Sequence record: NC_014636.1
Length of the DNA stretch: 64,000 bases
Direction: 5' to 3' (one strand)
The position numbers were made by a program, and so were the translations under genes. Shown here one piece after another: positions 38,079 through 47,269 of the stretch; position 1 is the first letter of the stretch, and every line of letters begins with the position of its first letter. The notes beneath the pieces were generated by a model. The model worked only from the letters and a program-made list of their open reading frames with translations, was not told where the DNA came from and ran no database searches.

Positions 38079-38812
38079 TAGATACCGTCCAGATCTTCGT
38101 TGATTGATTCTCTCGCACTCAGGATATTGGCGATTTCGCCAAAACCGGATACGTCATAACGACTTGTCATACTCGATTTATAGCTTTTGTTTTGTCCACG
38201 CAGTACATGAAACTTCGGTACGTCAGCGGAAAAGACGGTATGGAATGTTTGCAAGTGATGATAAAGATCATCAGCATAGCCTACAACATTCTGTTCGCCG
38301 TATTTCTCTTTTACGTGAAGGAACATTTTACGCTTAGATTCGTGGTGATCACAAGTCAAAATTTCTTTAAATGCGCCAGGAAACAGCACATTGAGATTTG
38401 ACATTCGATTAACACTGACTTGGAAGTCAGAGCCAATAGCAGTTGTTGCAACGAAATCATATTTTGATTTCAGCTTGTTAACCCACAGGAGCGCGTCGTC
38501 ATATGCTTTCAGACCACGAAACCACTTTGAGTTATTATACATGCGGATCAGATTTTCGCCATGCTCTTGATTGCATTGGAAAATCTCTCCGGCTTTACGG
38601 AATCGTTCATCGATAATGAGATCGATTACAACGTCCGTCGGAATATTGTATTCAGCACAGAAGAACGGCAGATTGGAAGCCCATGAGAGCAAAACGCCGT
38701 CAACATCAGTGACGAAAATTTTCTTTTCAGATTGTAAGATCATGTCTTGCCTTAAGGAAACGCGAGTCGTTTCCGGTTGCAGAATTGGATATAGGGTTGC
38801 CGCAGCGGTCAT
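38078..38812 (-). CDS. 30.2: HAD-family protein, T4 gp30.2-like
   Basis: FVTDVDGVLLSW motif I; YADD; position between 30 and 30.3. Confidence 0.8.
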   Translation of the reverse strand: MTAAATLYPILQPETTRVSLRQDMILQSEKKIFVTDVDGVLLSWASNLPFFCAEYNIPTDVVIDLIIDERFRKAGEIFQCNQEHGENLIRMYNNSKWFRGLKAYDDALLWVNKLKSKYDFVATTAIGSDFQVSVNRMSNLNVLFPGAFKEILTCDHHESKRKMFLHVKEKYGEQNVVGYADDLYHHLQTFHTVFSADVPKFHVLRGQNKSYKSSMTSRYDVSGFGEIANILSARESINEDLDGI

Positions 38813-38969
38813 AGGTCACCGTAAATGACGATTGTAATGTGAAGTAGGTAACGACGATGTAATCCTCGGTATAAAGAACTGCCTCACCATTTTCATGCTT
38901 TCGGTTAATATACGCTTGATAAATGAACGAGTCAACAGGAATCCCATCGATTTTGTAAGCTACCGACAT
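38727..38969 (-). CDS. Hypothetical small protein
   Basis: ORF coupled to upstream gene; 3' end overlaps 30.2. Confidence 0.4.
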   Translation of the reverse strand: MSVAYKIDGIPVDSFIYQAYINRKHENGEAVLYTEDYIVVTYFTLQSSFTVTYDRCGNPISNSATGNDSRFLKARHDLTI

Positions 38970-39286
38970 TTGTAGATACCGCGCTTGTTACCATGTTGCA
39001 ACCAATGCGGAGTTTCTCGAAACGCGCTAGTGCTGAATTCAGCCGGAGATTCCCAAGTCAAATCGTTGATCATGCTGATGGATTGAACGAGTTGAATCCG
39101 GTTTTTCTTTTCTTCGTCTATTTCTTTCTGGAACTGTTCGACTTTATCGGCTACTTGTTCGACGCTCAGTTCCATGTTTTCCATCAGAACTGTAACACGT
39201 TCATCATCCATCAACGCTTGAATCAGCGCGGCGCGACCGATTGGTTCACCGCCAACAATAGCGATCTTAATCTTTTCATCCTGCAT
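38960..39286 (-). CDS. Hypothetical protein
   Basis: RBS GAGGAA. Confidence 0.6.
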   Translation of the reverse strand: MQDEKIKIAIVGGEPIGRAALIQALMDDERVTVLMENMELSVEQVADKVEQFQKEIDEEKKNRIQLVQSISMINDLTWESPAEFSTSAFRETPHWLQHGNKRGIYKCR

Positions 39287-39699
39287 AAGAATTCCTCAAC
39301 GGTTAAAATTGTTCGCATCGGGTCATTATGACCAATAGAGTGACATAATACAGTGTTTCCACTTGATGTCAACGCTTTTCTAAAACTTTCTGATTGAACA
39401 AATAGTTCATCATAGGCATTATCCAGTAAGTTCTGGTAAGCCTCTGAGTGTCTACTAAACGGCACACCTTTCCAGTAAAGTGTTTGATCGTTGTACCAAG
39501 CTTTCTTAGCACCGCGAAACTTAGCCCCAGTTCCCCACATAGCAGCAATCGCAATCTGTTTTTCAACATCTTGGAATTTGAGGGACTGCAACAGTCCCTC
39601 CATGCTACCACAACGAACACCATCGAAAATGAATTCATGTTTCGCTAAGTTCGATAACTCATTAGCTGGATAAAGTGCCGACACTGATATGTCTAGCAA
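39223..39699 (-). CDS. 30.3: NADAR-family protein, T4 gp30.3-like
   Basis: LSNLAKHEFIFDG, SMEGLLQSLK, TLYWKG, FRKAL, TILTVEEF. Confidence 0.85.
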   Translation of the reverse strand: MLDISVSALYPANELSNLAKHEFIFDGVRCGSMEGLLQSLKFQDVEKQIAIAAMWGTGAKFRGAKKAWYNDQTLYWKGVPFSRHSEAYQNLLDNAYDELFVQSESFRKALTSSGNTVLCHSIGHNDPMRTILTVEEFLCRMKRLRSLLLAVNQSVAPR

Positions 39700-39866
39700 G
39701 TCATTTCACTCCTAAGATTAACAGGACGCTTTCTAGCAGCTTCCAATAACTTAGACATAGCATCCATGCTCATTTGTGGCTGAATCGTGCCATATCGTCT
39801 CTGGCGACGTCTGGCGTTACGTTCTAAACTCTTAGCTAGTCTAGCTAATCCCGTATCACTTTCCAT
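39693..39866 (-). CDS. 57-aa basic hypothetical protein
   Basis: Arg-rich ORF filling gap; overlapping start/stop codons. Confidence 0.5.
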   Translation of the reverse strand: MESDTGLARLAKSLERNARRRQRRYGTIQPQMSMDAMSKLLEAARKRPVNLRSEMTC

Positions 39867-40314
39867 TATAGAGTTGATCTTCCAGTTCGGCGATGTCGAT
39901 TTCTTGTTCCTCTTGAACAACAACAGCGGCACCCTTGACGACACCGTAATCGATGCAACTGATACGGGACATCATCGAGGTGTATTCACCTTCCAGATCG
40001 CCTTCATATCGAAGTGCATACAGCGGAACGTCTTTTGCTGCGAGCATAGCCCGAGCGATTTCGTGTGTGGTCGGGATACGATCTACCGAGCCAACAACTG
40101 GAATACCTTTCAGAATTTTGTAAACGGTATTTCGGGTTCGGAACCAGCCATCACCAATTTCAACAACCGAAGACGTAACCACTTGAATGCCATCAGCGAA
40201 TCGACCGGCTTTATCATTGTAAATATATCCACCGGCAGCATAGCCTACTTCCAAATGACCAATCAGAACGATTTCGGAATCGTGATGTTCACCGTTTACT
40301 TTCTGCATTTCCAT
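39856..40314 (-). CDS. Hypothetical protein
   Basis: GYIYNDKAGRFADG..VVTS..TRNTVY motif. Confidence 0.65.
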   Translation of the reverse strand: MEMQKVNGEHHDSEIVLIGHLEVGYAAGGYIYNDKAGRFADGIQVVTSSVVEIGDGWFRTRNTVYKILKGIPVVGSVDRIPTTHEIARAMLAAKDVPLYALRYEGDLEGEYTSMMSRISCIDYGVVKGAAVVVQEEQEIDIAELEDQLYNGK

Positions 40315-40315
40315 T

Positions 40316-40528
40316 TCAAACCTCTATGATTTTATTGTATTTCAGTACATTAACACCGAATGATTCTCGACAGCTAATGTATGTAATTAGTCCGTAAAAG
40401 ATGCAGCCATAGACAAGGTAAAATACTTCGTCGTATGAAACATCCATGATTTGTTTGTTTAGAACTAAACCATACACCAGAACTAGATCGATTGCAAGCG
40501 CAAAAACATATCCCATGAAGTTTTTCAT
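40316..40528 (-). CDS. Small two-TM protein
   Basis: Hydrophobic helices; RBS AGGAG. Confidence 0.6.
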   Translation of the reverse strand: MKNFMGYVFALAIDLVLVYGLVLNKQIMDVSYDEVFYLVYGCIFYGLITYISCRESFGVNVLKYNKIIEV

Positions 40529-40576
40529 TCTTTCTCCTTAGTTACGAAAAAGCCACCCGAAGGTGGCTTTCAGATT

Positions 40577-40996
40577 TTATTTGCCGCGGCGAACAGGCTT
40601 CTTAGCCTTCACCGGAGCAGCTTCCGGACGCGGAGCATGACGCTTGAATTTGAATTCAGTGCGCTGAGTCTCGGCGTCAACGATGCGATTCTGGCGACCC
40701 AGAACAACGGCATCCTTGTCTTTGACGAACTTGTAAACACGTTCTGCCTTGCGAACGGCGCGAGCCAGAGCAACATCCAGTCGAGAATCTTTAGCGCCCT
40801 TCTTCGGGTTCTCCGGGCCGGTATAACCCCAGCGAGAAGACTTGGCAGGAACAGCTTTCAGAGCTGCAACCGCTACAGAGTCGTCACCGTGGACTGCCAC
40901 ATGACGTTTCAGATCACGTTCTTTGTTCTTAGCGAACAGACCAGTTGCTTTGTAGATTGCGAAGTGACCTTTACCGCGTTGAGATTTCTTAGCCAT
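40577..40996 (-). CDS. Highly basic protein
   Basis: K/R-rich 139 aa; followed by terminator 40548-40570 (AAAAAGCCACC-CGAA-GGTGGCTTT). Confidence 0.7.
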   Translation of the reverse strand: MAKKSQRGKGHFAIYKATGLFAKNKERDLKRHVAVHGDDSVAVAALKAVPAKSSRWGYTGPENPKKGAKDSRLDVALARAVRKAERVYKFVKDKDAVVLGRQNRIVDAETQRTEFKFKRHAPRPEAAPVKAKKPVRRGK

Positions 40997-41078
40997 TTTG
41001 TAATTCCTTATCGTTTCTTTGATGTTTGTTTATTTGCGGAAAGCGTACTTTCCGCCAGATTCAAAACTCGTTGCCAGA

Positions 41079-41363
41079 TTAGGCTTTGAGGTAGCTTTTC
41101 AGCTCAGATTCGATGCCGCGAACGACATGGACATCCAGAGGTTTAGCGAAGCGCAGGCCATAACCTTGCTCGACGTCCCACTGATCAACATACTCGACCA
41201 GTTCAACCGCTTTCTTGTTCTTCGGCAGTTTTGCTGCCAGATCGCGAGCAACAGCCAGAACGTCGATAGATGCGCCTTGATTTTCGCTACCAGAGTTCCA
41301 AGCTTGACGCTGAGAGACGATAGCACCACGTACCAGAGTTTCAACAAAAGTTTTTACAGACAT
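41079..41363 (-). CDS. rIII: Lysis inhibition accessory protein rIII
   Basis: QRQAWNSGSENQGASIDV resembles T4 QRNAWNNGHENYGASIDV; adjacent to gp31. Confidence 0.85.
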   Translation of the reverse strand: MSVKTFVETLVRGAIVSQRQAWNSGSENQGASIDVLAVARDLAAKLPKNKKAVELVEYVDQWDVEQGYGLRFAKPLDVHVVRGIESELKSYLKA

Positions 41364-41436
41364 TTTAGTTCCTTAATTATCCGAGTAGAGTCAAAGTTGA
41401 TTTGAATGCAGGTGTGGCCGGTTTAGCTACTTCACC

Positions 41437-41784
41437 TTAGGGACGACCATCATAGATGGTACGAATGCCCTTGTAATGCATTGTTACAAAGATTCTTGCT
41501 TCCTTGCTATCGCGAGGAATCAAACCGTATGCCATTCGCGGATCCGGGACATTACTGTAAATCCCGCCACCTTGCGGCAATGCGACGTCTTTGCCAATCA
41601 GTTCTTTGATACTGTCAGGACAATTTTCACCAACAGAAACGACAGTTCCATACAGAGGAATGTCACCTTGATTTCGAGTTCCGAGAATAAAACCGGACTC
41701 AGTTTTCAGTTCTTCGCCCTTACGAGCGGCGTTGCATTCGAGGACAACTTGTTCATCAAATGCTCTAAATCCTAATTCACTCAT
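41437..41784 (-). CDS. 31: Co-chaperonin gp31 (GroES-like)
   Basis: TESGFILG mobile loop, GTVVSVGE, VPDP, HYKGI. Confidence 0.9.
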   Translation of the reverse strand: MSELGFRAFDEQVVLECNAARKGEELKTESGFILGTRNQGDIPLYGTVVSVGENCPDSIKELIGKDVALPQGGGIYSNVPDPRMAYGLIPRDSKEARIFVTMHYKGIRTIYDGRP

Positions 41785-41848
41785 TCATTTACTTCCAAAT
41801 GAGTTTAACACACGTTGCATCTAAGTGCAACTCCCTTTTCGTTTCGCT

Positions 41849-41895
41849 TGTCGCGTCAACAAAGCTATAATAGCTCATTGACGCGACACAGTAAA
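41849..41895 (-). promoter_or_regulatory. gp31 promoter with 11-bp inverted repeat enclosing -10
   Basis: TTTACT-N17-TATTAT; TGTCGCGTCAA (41849-59) and TTGACGCGACA (41878-88). Confidence 0.7.
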
Positions 41896-41897
41896 CA

Positions 41898-42227
41898 TTA
41901 GATTCGAATCAGGTCTTCGATTTTCAGAGTGCCGATACTGATCAGTTTCTGGAGCTGGAAGCTTCTCCAGTTACCGCTACCAACTTCGAAGAATCGGCAA
42001 GATTCGAAGCTTTCGCGACGAATGGTAGCAGGCTTGGTTTCTTTTTCAAACCCTTCTTTGCCAATTTCTTCGGTAATGATCTTCGGTTGCAGAGTAGCAT
42101 TAGCAACTCGAATGGTGCCGTCTACTTTTTCGAACACCACTTGATGTTCGCCCATGCGAAGAATTGCTTCAACGCAACGTTTTACGATTACTTTTTCGCC
42201 TTCGGCGAGATCTTCCCACTTTCTCAT
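41898..42227 (-). CDS. T4 gp31.1-like SH3/WYL-like protein
   Basis: VVFEKVDGTIRVANATL..FFEV..NWRSF. Confidence 0.75.
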   Translation of the reverse strand: MRKWEDLAEGEKVIVKRCVEAILRMGEHQVVFEKVDGTIRVANATLQPKIITEEIGKEGFEKETKPATIRRESFESCRFFEVGSGNWRSFQLQKLISIGTLKIEDLIRI

Positions 42228-42772
42228 TCGATTCGTTTCCTTTTAGATAGTACAGTTTGCCAGTTGATCATTGTTAAAAACTTCTTATCGATTTTAATCA
42301 CTTTCACGCCGCAATCTGTAAGAGTCTTACTCCAGTCCTGTCTAGCACCGTTGTATTCCTCGCAATATACCAGAGTGCGGATTCGCGATTGAGCGATCAT
42401 TTTTGCACAATCAGGGCACGGAGCCATAGTGCAATACATAGTGGCGCCTTCAATTGATTTGCCACCACGCGCGGCGAACAGAATAGCGTTCATTTCTGCA
42501 TGAATGACATTAGACTTTGCCCATGCTGAATAGTCGTCCGACTTATCTTCTCGCAAGCGCAATTCTTTGCCAACACCAGGAACGTCTACATATTCGGCCC
42601 AGCCGTTGTCCAGTGCTACTTCGTCACAGTTCGGTTGATCTGATACGGTACCGTTATAGCCACTGCTTATAGGGCGATCATCTTTAGCGATAATCGCACC
42701 AACCCGGTAACTAACACATTTGCTTTCCTGTGCTACCAAGAAAGCATTTTGCAGCATAGTTGTTGTTTTCAT
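42224..42772 (-). CDS. cd: dCMP deaminase
   Basis: HAEMNA and PCPDC Zn motifs; ISSGYNG. Confidence 0.96.
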   Translation of the reverse strand: MKTTTMLQNAFLVAQESKCVSYRVGAIIAKDDRPISSGYNGTVSDQPNCDEVALDNGWAEYVDVPGVGKELRLREDKSDDYSAWAKSNVIHAEMNAILFAARGGKSIEGATMYCTMAPCPDCAKMIAQSRIRTLVYCEEYNGARQDWSKTLTDCGVKVIKIDKKFLTMINWQTVLSKRKRIE

Positions 42773-43140
42773 TTGATTGGTTTCGGCTCAAAGTTAACAG
42801 AAGGTATTTCTACCTTGATGATAACAGATTGATCCTTGAACTTCAAGGACTTCATCGACATAATGAAATCTAGATGATCTCGCACGATGTCTGGATGCTT
42901 TTGACAATCTGGACGCTTGCGCCACTCGATGTCATAATAAGCTTCTTTCGCAATGTCGAAACTAACACCAACATGAGCCGCGATCAATCTGAACTTGAGA
43001 TCCATCCAATGTTGAGTGCCGTATAATTTCAAAGTAGGATTACCACTAGAAAATGTATAGCTATTATCAACATGAATCAGTTTCTTCAACTCAGTATCAT
43101 AAAACCCAAATGTGTAGTAAGGGAAAACATAAGTTTCCAT
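42769..43140 (-). CDS. Hypothetical protein
   Basis: Coupled ORF. Confidence 0.6.
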   Translation of the reverse strand: METYVFPYYTFGFYDTELKKLIHVDNSYTFSSGNPTLKLYGTQHWMDLKFRLIAAHVGVSFDIAKEAYYDIEWRKRPDCQKHPDIVRDHLDFIMSMKSLKFKDQSVIIKVEIPSVNFEPKPIK

Positions 43141-43397
43141 CAGTTTATATCCTTAGGTGGATGCTGCGGCAGTCTACCGATACACCATTCCATCTTGTCG
43201 TTGTTGTGCCACACGGTAAAGATATGCTGTTTGACAGTCTTGATGCCATTTGGCATCACGATAGGCTGAAATGCTTCAATCATAACCTCGTCCTTGCGAA
43301 CTTCGGTTACTTGCATTTGCGCACCATGTTTCGCAAACTCAGAAGCGATAACAGGCAACAGCTTATTAATGTTGTCTTTAAAATCGTCGTAAGTCAT
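43140..43397 (-). CDS. Hypothetical protein
   Basis: Coupled ORF. Confidence 0.6.
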   Translation of the reverse strand: MTYDDFKDNINKLLPVIASEFAKHGAQMQVTEVRKDEVMIEAFQPIVMPNGIKTVKQHIFTVWHNNDKMEWCIGRLPQHPPKDIN

Positions 43398-43681
43398 CGA
43401 TTTTTACCAAATGTGATTTTAGTAACCGGTTCGATCATCATAGTATCGAGCATTCTCTTGATCTTTCGAACATCTTCGAGTGAAATCTTTTTGAATTTGG
43501 GCTTACCAAAGAAAGTCTTTCCATTTGGTTCACCAACTTCAATTAGCTCACTTAACTTTGGTACCAGTATATCAACTTGATACGATTTTGCAAGAGGTTT
43601 TGTCTTGAAAATACAAGCTCGACCATCTTGAACAACAACCGATCTACGTTGATTATCGTCAAAGTGTGTTATCGCGAACAT
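43394..43681 (-). CDS. Hypothetical protein
   Basis: RBS AGGAG. Confidence 0.6.
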   Translation of the reverse strand: MFAITHFDDNQRRSVVVQDGRACIFKTKPLAKSYQVDILVPKLSELIEVGEPNGKTFFGKPKFKKISLEDVRKIKRMLDTMMIEPVTKITFGKNR

Positions 43682-43754
43682 AAAAACTCCTTGTTTCTCT
43701 CTATGCTATCACAGCAATAGCACAGAAGAAACAAGGGGATTTCTCCCCTTGCGA

Positions 43755-44672
43755 TTAAAAGTTAGATTCCTGAACTTCCCAGCACTCAAGACCAAGTGAG
43801 CGCCACATATCAACCACTTTTTTGCGATCATCGACGCAATACAGAACATTGAAATGCGGAGCGATGTCACGGAAGAACAGCTCTTTCTTGATTACGTCAT
43901 CAGGACGCTGATCCCCAGCTTCGCGTTGGAAGTGGAAATCGTTAGGCATTCCTACTTTCTTGTACCACTCGGCAGTTGCTTCTTTGCAAACGCCATCGCG
44001 ACCGCTCAGGTTGATAACGGTGATACCACGCGCTTTCAGATCTTTAGCGTGATTGATTACGTTGTATTTCGGCAGATCTTGACCTACTTTGTCCCACTCG
44101 AACGGACCACGATTGTGCATGTGCGCAGTGGTACCATCGGTATCGAACATCACCGCATTAGGCTTGCTGATGTCCGGCTCATAAAGTTGGGTTTCCACTG
44201 CAAAGTCGGGAGTATAAGCAGTGTGTACCTCGGGGTTAAACTGCTCAACAAACTGGGAGTGCATTGCAGCAACGCGATCGGCGTCGAGCTTCCACGGACC
44301 ACGAGTCTTGTTACGCTTTTGCAGTTCTTCCAGATCAACGTTGAACCAAAGCTCACGATATTCATAGCCGACGGAAGCCGCGTATTCTTGCCACAGCTTG
44401 CGATAAACCGGACTCAGATTGGTATCACTGATGATAACGTTTTTCTTTTCTGCCACGGCAGCTTCGACGGTAGCGCGATTGACCTTAGTTACCAGGTCTT
44501 CGCGGTCTTTGTTGAACTTGTATTCACCCCAGCTACCGATTGCAAACAGCGATTTGCGGGCATTATCGCGATTTACCTCAACGAGGATACCACGAGACTT
44601 TTTAACTTCTTGCTTTGCGTAGGTGCTCTTGCCAGAAGAGGATACACCAACAGTTAACTCAAGATACGGCAT
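43755..44672 (-). CDS. pseT: Polynucleotide 5'-kinase/3'-phosphatase
   Basis: P-loop GVSSSGKST; ISDTN; HAD motif FDTDGT; SGR; VDDR. Confidence 0.95.
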   Translation of the reverse strand: MPYLELTVGVSSSGKSTYAKQEVKKSRGILVEVNRDNARKSLFAIGSWGEYKFNKDREDLVTKVNRATVEAAVAEKKNVIISDTNLSPVYRKLWQEYAASVGYEYRELWFNVDLEELQKRNKTRGPWKLDADRVAAMHSQFVEQFNPEVHTAYTPDFAVETQLYEPDISKPNAVMFDTDGTTAHMHNRGPFEWDKVGQDLPKYNVINHAKDLKARGITVINLSGRDGVCKEATAEWYKKVGMPNDFHFQREAGDQRPDDVIKKELFFRDIAPHFNVLYCVDDRKKVVDMWRSLGLECWEVQESNF

Positions 44673-44681
44673 TATTTTTCC

Positions 44682-45185
44682 TTAGATTTTCATACTTACA
44701 TCGGTCAGATACGGCACAACGTCATTAACGCTTGTGTGTTTTGTATACGGACCATTATATCGGCGGGTAATGTCATTGATAAAAACGGTACCCGGAGCAC
44801 GTTCGGACATCATGATAACAAAATGAACATGATTTGGATAATTACCAATCACAACATTGTTATGCGAATGATTAACAACGACGCGATCAAACGCATCAAC
44901 CAACGACTCGCTCAGTTCAATACTGGCAACAAAATCGTTGAATGCTTCCTCAATGTCACCATAAACACAAGATGTTTTAGTGAACTTTTCGTGATTATAC
45001 TCTAGTTCAACACAAATGCAAGAGTAATCTTCCCATTCGTTATCATCGTCGTCATCGTCAGCGCCGACCATTTCATTAATTGCCAGTTTGACAGCTTCTA
45101 GATTAAAGTCAACAACTCGTTTGTCAATATCCATCCGACATTGATCGTCTTCAAATGTGTTGATTGTTACTTTGTTGTGTTTCAT
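44682..45185 (-). CDS. Acidic hypothetical protein
   Basis: Long ORF with poly-Asp tract. Confidence 0.6.
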   Translation of the reverse strand: MKHNKVTINTFEDDQCRMDIDKRVVDFNLEAVKLAINEMVGADDDDDDNEWEDYSCICVELEYNHEKFTKTSCVYGDIEEAFNDFVASIELSESLVDAFDRVVVNHSHNNVVIGNYPNHVHFVIMMSERAPGTVFINDITRRYNGPYTKHTSVNDVVPYLTDVSMKI

Positions 45186-45225
45186 GTTTTCTCACTGACT
45201 GAGGCAGTCCGAAGACTGCCGTTTG

Positions 45226-45747
45226 TTATTGTGCTATGCAATCGCAGTTCTGCAATTTGCGCATATTGGATTTGACTTTAGCAAGGTAGGTCTGTCCATC
45301 TTTACCGCGATAGTTGAAACCCGCATTGTATGAAGCAATGACTTTACTCCAAGACTTCTTACCATGAACACTTTGCCAGTATTTCAAGTTCAGTTCGGTC
45401 ATTGAAGCAGATAGCTCCATATTCTCGATTAGACCCTTTTTCAGGTCTCGAACTTGTTTCGGGGACATTTTGTAACCAGTCTCTTTTTCGATTGCTCGAA
45501 CGGTGTATCGCAGGTTGTTTTGAAAAACACCATAATCACCGGAAACGTTGTTTACAAGATCTTCACCGGCTTGACTCTCGGTCAAAGCGATAGCGGCGAA
45601 AGTCATCCCATAATCCATTGATTGACCTAGCTCATAAGCACGATTGACAACATACAGTTGATTTTCGTTGAGGTCAAGATCGTTTGTAGCATTGGCATTA
45701 AATGCACTGCCCATCAGTGCCAGTAGTAATGCGAACTTCTTTAACAT
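45226..45747 (-). CDS. Exported SLT/lysozyme-like transglycosylase (T4 Vs.1-like)
   Basis: Signal peptide; AIALTESQAG (catalytic Glu), DYGVFQ, IASYNAG. Confidence 0.8.
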   Translation of the reverse strand: MLKKFALLLALMGSAFNANATNDLDLNENQLYVVNRAYELGQSMDYGMTFAAIALTESQAGEDLVNNVSGDYGVFQNNLRYTVRAIEKETGYKMSPKQVRDLKKGLIENMELSASMTELNLKYWQSVHGKKSWSKVIASYNAGFNYRGKDGQTYLAKVKSNMRKLQNCDCIAQ

Positions 45748-45905
45748 TTTCTTCTCCTATTTGTTTGGAATAGAAAGATACCTTTTTCTACACACTTCCT
45801 TAGTTGAGTTTGATTGATGATTGCCAAGCGATTATTACATCAAGATACCGATCTGTCAACACTATTTTCTGGTAACAGATCGGTTTGATTATAATCTATA
45901 CACGT

Positions 45906-46045
45906 TCAGAAATCGAAGATCGCGGCGTAGCCGCTAACTTATTGATCTCCAAAGAAAAGACAAAGTAAATTCTCATTAAAGTATTATAAGAGATTTTATT
46001 TTCTCTTTTTGTAACATCTTCTTAACTAGCGACTGGCGTCGCCGT
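45906..46045. repeat. Dispersed structured non-coding element, copy 2
   Basis: Same orientation and same ~58-bp core as 7757-7899. Confidence 0.9.
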
Positions 46046-46343
46046 CTTCGACGTCTACACATTTCGGTTCTTTAAGATCTTTCCGATAGTGACAGATTAC
46101 CTCATTTTGTTTCTTGACATAACCAAACACTCGTTCAAGCCAGATTCGGTATCTAACTGAGTCATCATAGCTCATTGCTACGTAAGGTTTTCCCTCGTCT
46201 AGGATAACTCGCCACTCTGGCTTGTATGTCTCCACTGTTTCTGGTAGTGGAGGATGATAAACAACAGGCTTAATTTGCTCTGCTGTAGATGCGCATCCAC
46301 CCAACAGTAAAGTTAGGCCGACCATCGCATATTTCATTTGCAT
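46026..46343 (-). CDS. pseT.2: Outer-membrane spanin (o-spanin, PseT.2-like)
   Basis: Lipobox LLLGGC; Pro-rich segment; overlaps i-spanin end. Confidence 0.85.
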   Translation of the reverse strand: MQMKYAMVGLTLLLGGCASTAEQIKPVVYHPPLPETVETYKPEWRVILDEGKPYVAMSYDDSVRYRIWLERVFGYVKKQNEVICHYRKDLKEPKCVDVEDGDASR

Positions 46344-46720
46344 TTCTTACCTCCCATGATGCAATCGGCATCTTTGGTAAATCCTTCATAGCTGGCGTTG
46401 ATCTTCTTCTCTACCAACTTAGGCTTCTTGGCAACGACATCAGAACGTCCGATCATCTTCTCAAGGCCAGATATCTTAGTATCAAGCTTTGTATTAAGCT
46501 CTCCAATTCGTTTGGAGAACGATTGTTCTTGAGTCTGTAGCTCAGATATATTCGCTCTCAACTCGTCGGCCATGCGCGTCTGAGTTGCTATGTTTTCGCT
46601 TAGTTTGTTTATCTCAAGCTTTTGATCTTGTATAGTGTCATGCATATAGTAAAAAGACCCAAAAAGCAATCCAATTCCCAACGCACCCGCTACCCACTTA
46701 TTTGTTAATAAACCTAACAT
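46334..46720 (-). CDS. pseT.3: Inner-membrane spanin (i-spanin, PseT.3-like)
   Basis: N-terminal TM, coiled coil, KPKLVEKKINASY. Confidence 0.85.
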   Translation of the reverse strand: MLGLLTNKWVAGALGIGLLFGSFYYMHDTIQDQKLEINKLSENIATQTRMADELRANISELQTQEQSFSKRIGELNTKLDTKISGLEKMIGRSDVVAKKPKLVEKKINASYEGFTKDADCIMGGKKCK

Positions 46721-47192
46721 ATTTGTCCCGATACCTCATTATTTTGTGAATATGGTCACTGCTATTTACGAACTCTACGGCGCTTTCTTTTGTATGAATA
46801 TCGAGCGTTCCTGTAATAAAATCCTTGATGAAGAACTTAGTACCGCTGCGATAAATCACGTATGCGTTTCGGCAGTGCAGAATATGGTGTCTCTTTCCTT
46901 TGTAGATTGTGCTATCGGTTGATTTGATAGTAACTGCCTTGATAGGAAACACGTCGGTAGACACGCTAGGATCGACTACCTCCGCTTTTTCGTAATCACC
47001 CATGCACTCGTTCAGCTTTTTAAAGAAAGCTGTGGAATCGCTTTCCAATGCGCATACAGAAGGTACGTCACCGTGAACGATAAACGGATGTAATGGATTA
47101 CCTGTGTATTCTACTATTCCGACTTTGTTGATCTTGTTCTTGTGAACAAGAATCAGTTTGCCGTCTTCGCCGATATCTTTCATACTAAACAT
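46698..47192 (-). CDS. Hypothetical protein
   Basis: RBS GAGGAG. Confidence 0.6.
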   Translation of the reverse strand: MFSMKDIGEDGKLILVHKNKINKVGIVEYTGNPLHPFIVHGDVPSVCALESDSTAFFKKLNECMGDYEKAEVVDPSVSTDVFPIKAVTIKSTDSTIYKGKRHHILHCRNAYVIYRSGTKFFIKDFITGTLDIHTKESAVEFVNSSDHIHKIMRYRDKYVRFINK

Positions 47193-47269
47193 AAAAATCT
47201 CCTCTCAGTGAACTATCATAATATCATGATGTGGTAAACAACACAAACAAAAAAAGCGCCCGAAGGCGC

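Noticed and set aside
45750-46025. tRNA genes in the larger intergenic gaps
   Set aside because: No cloverleaf or TTCGA T-loop with proper stems found by eye; tRNAscan-SE would be decisive
46698-47192. Possible alc, given its position next to pseT.3
   Set aside because: No convincing similarity to T4 Alc beyond position
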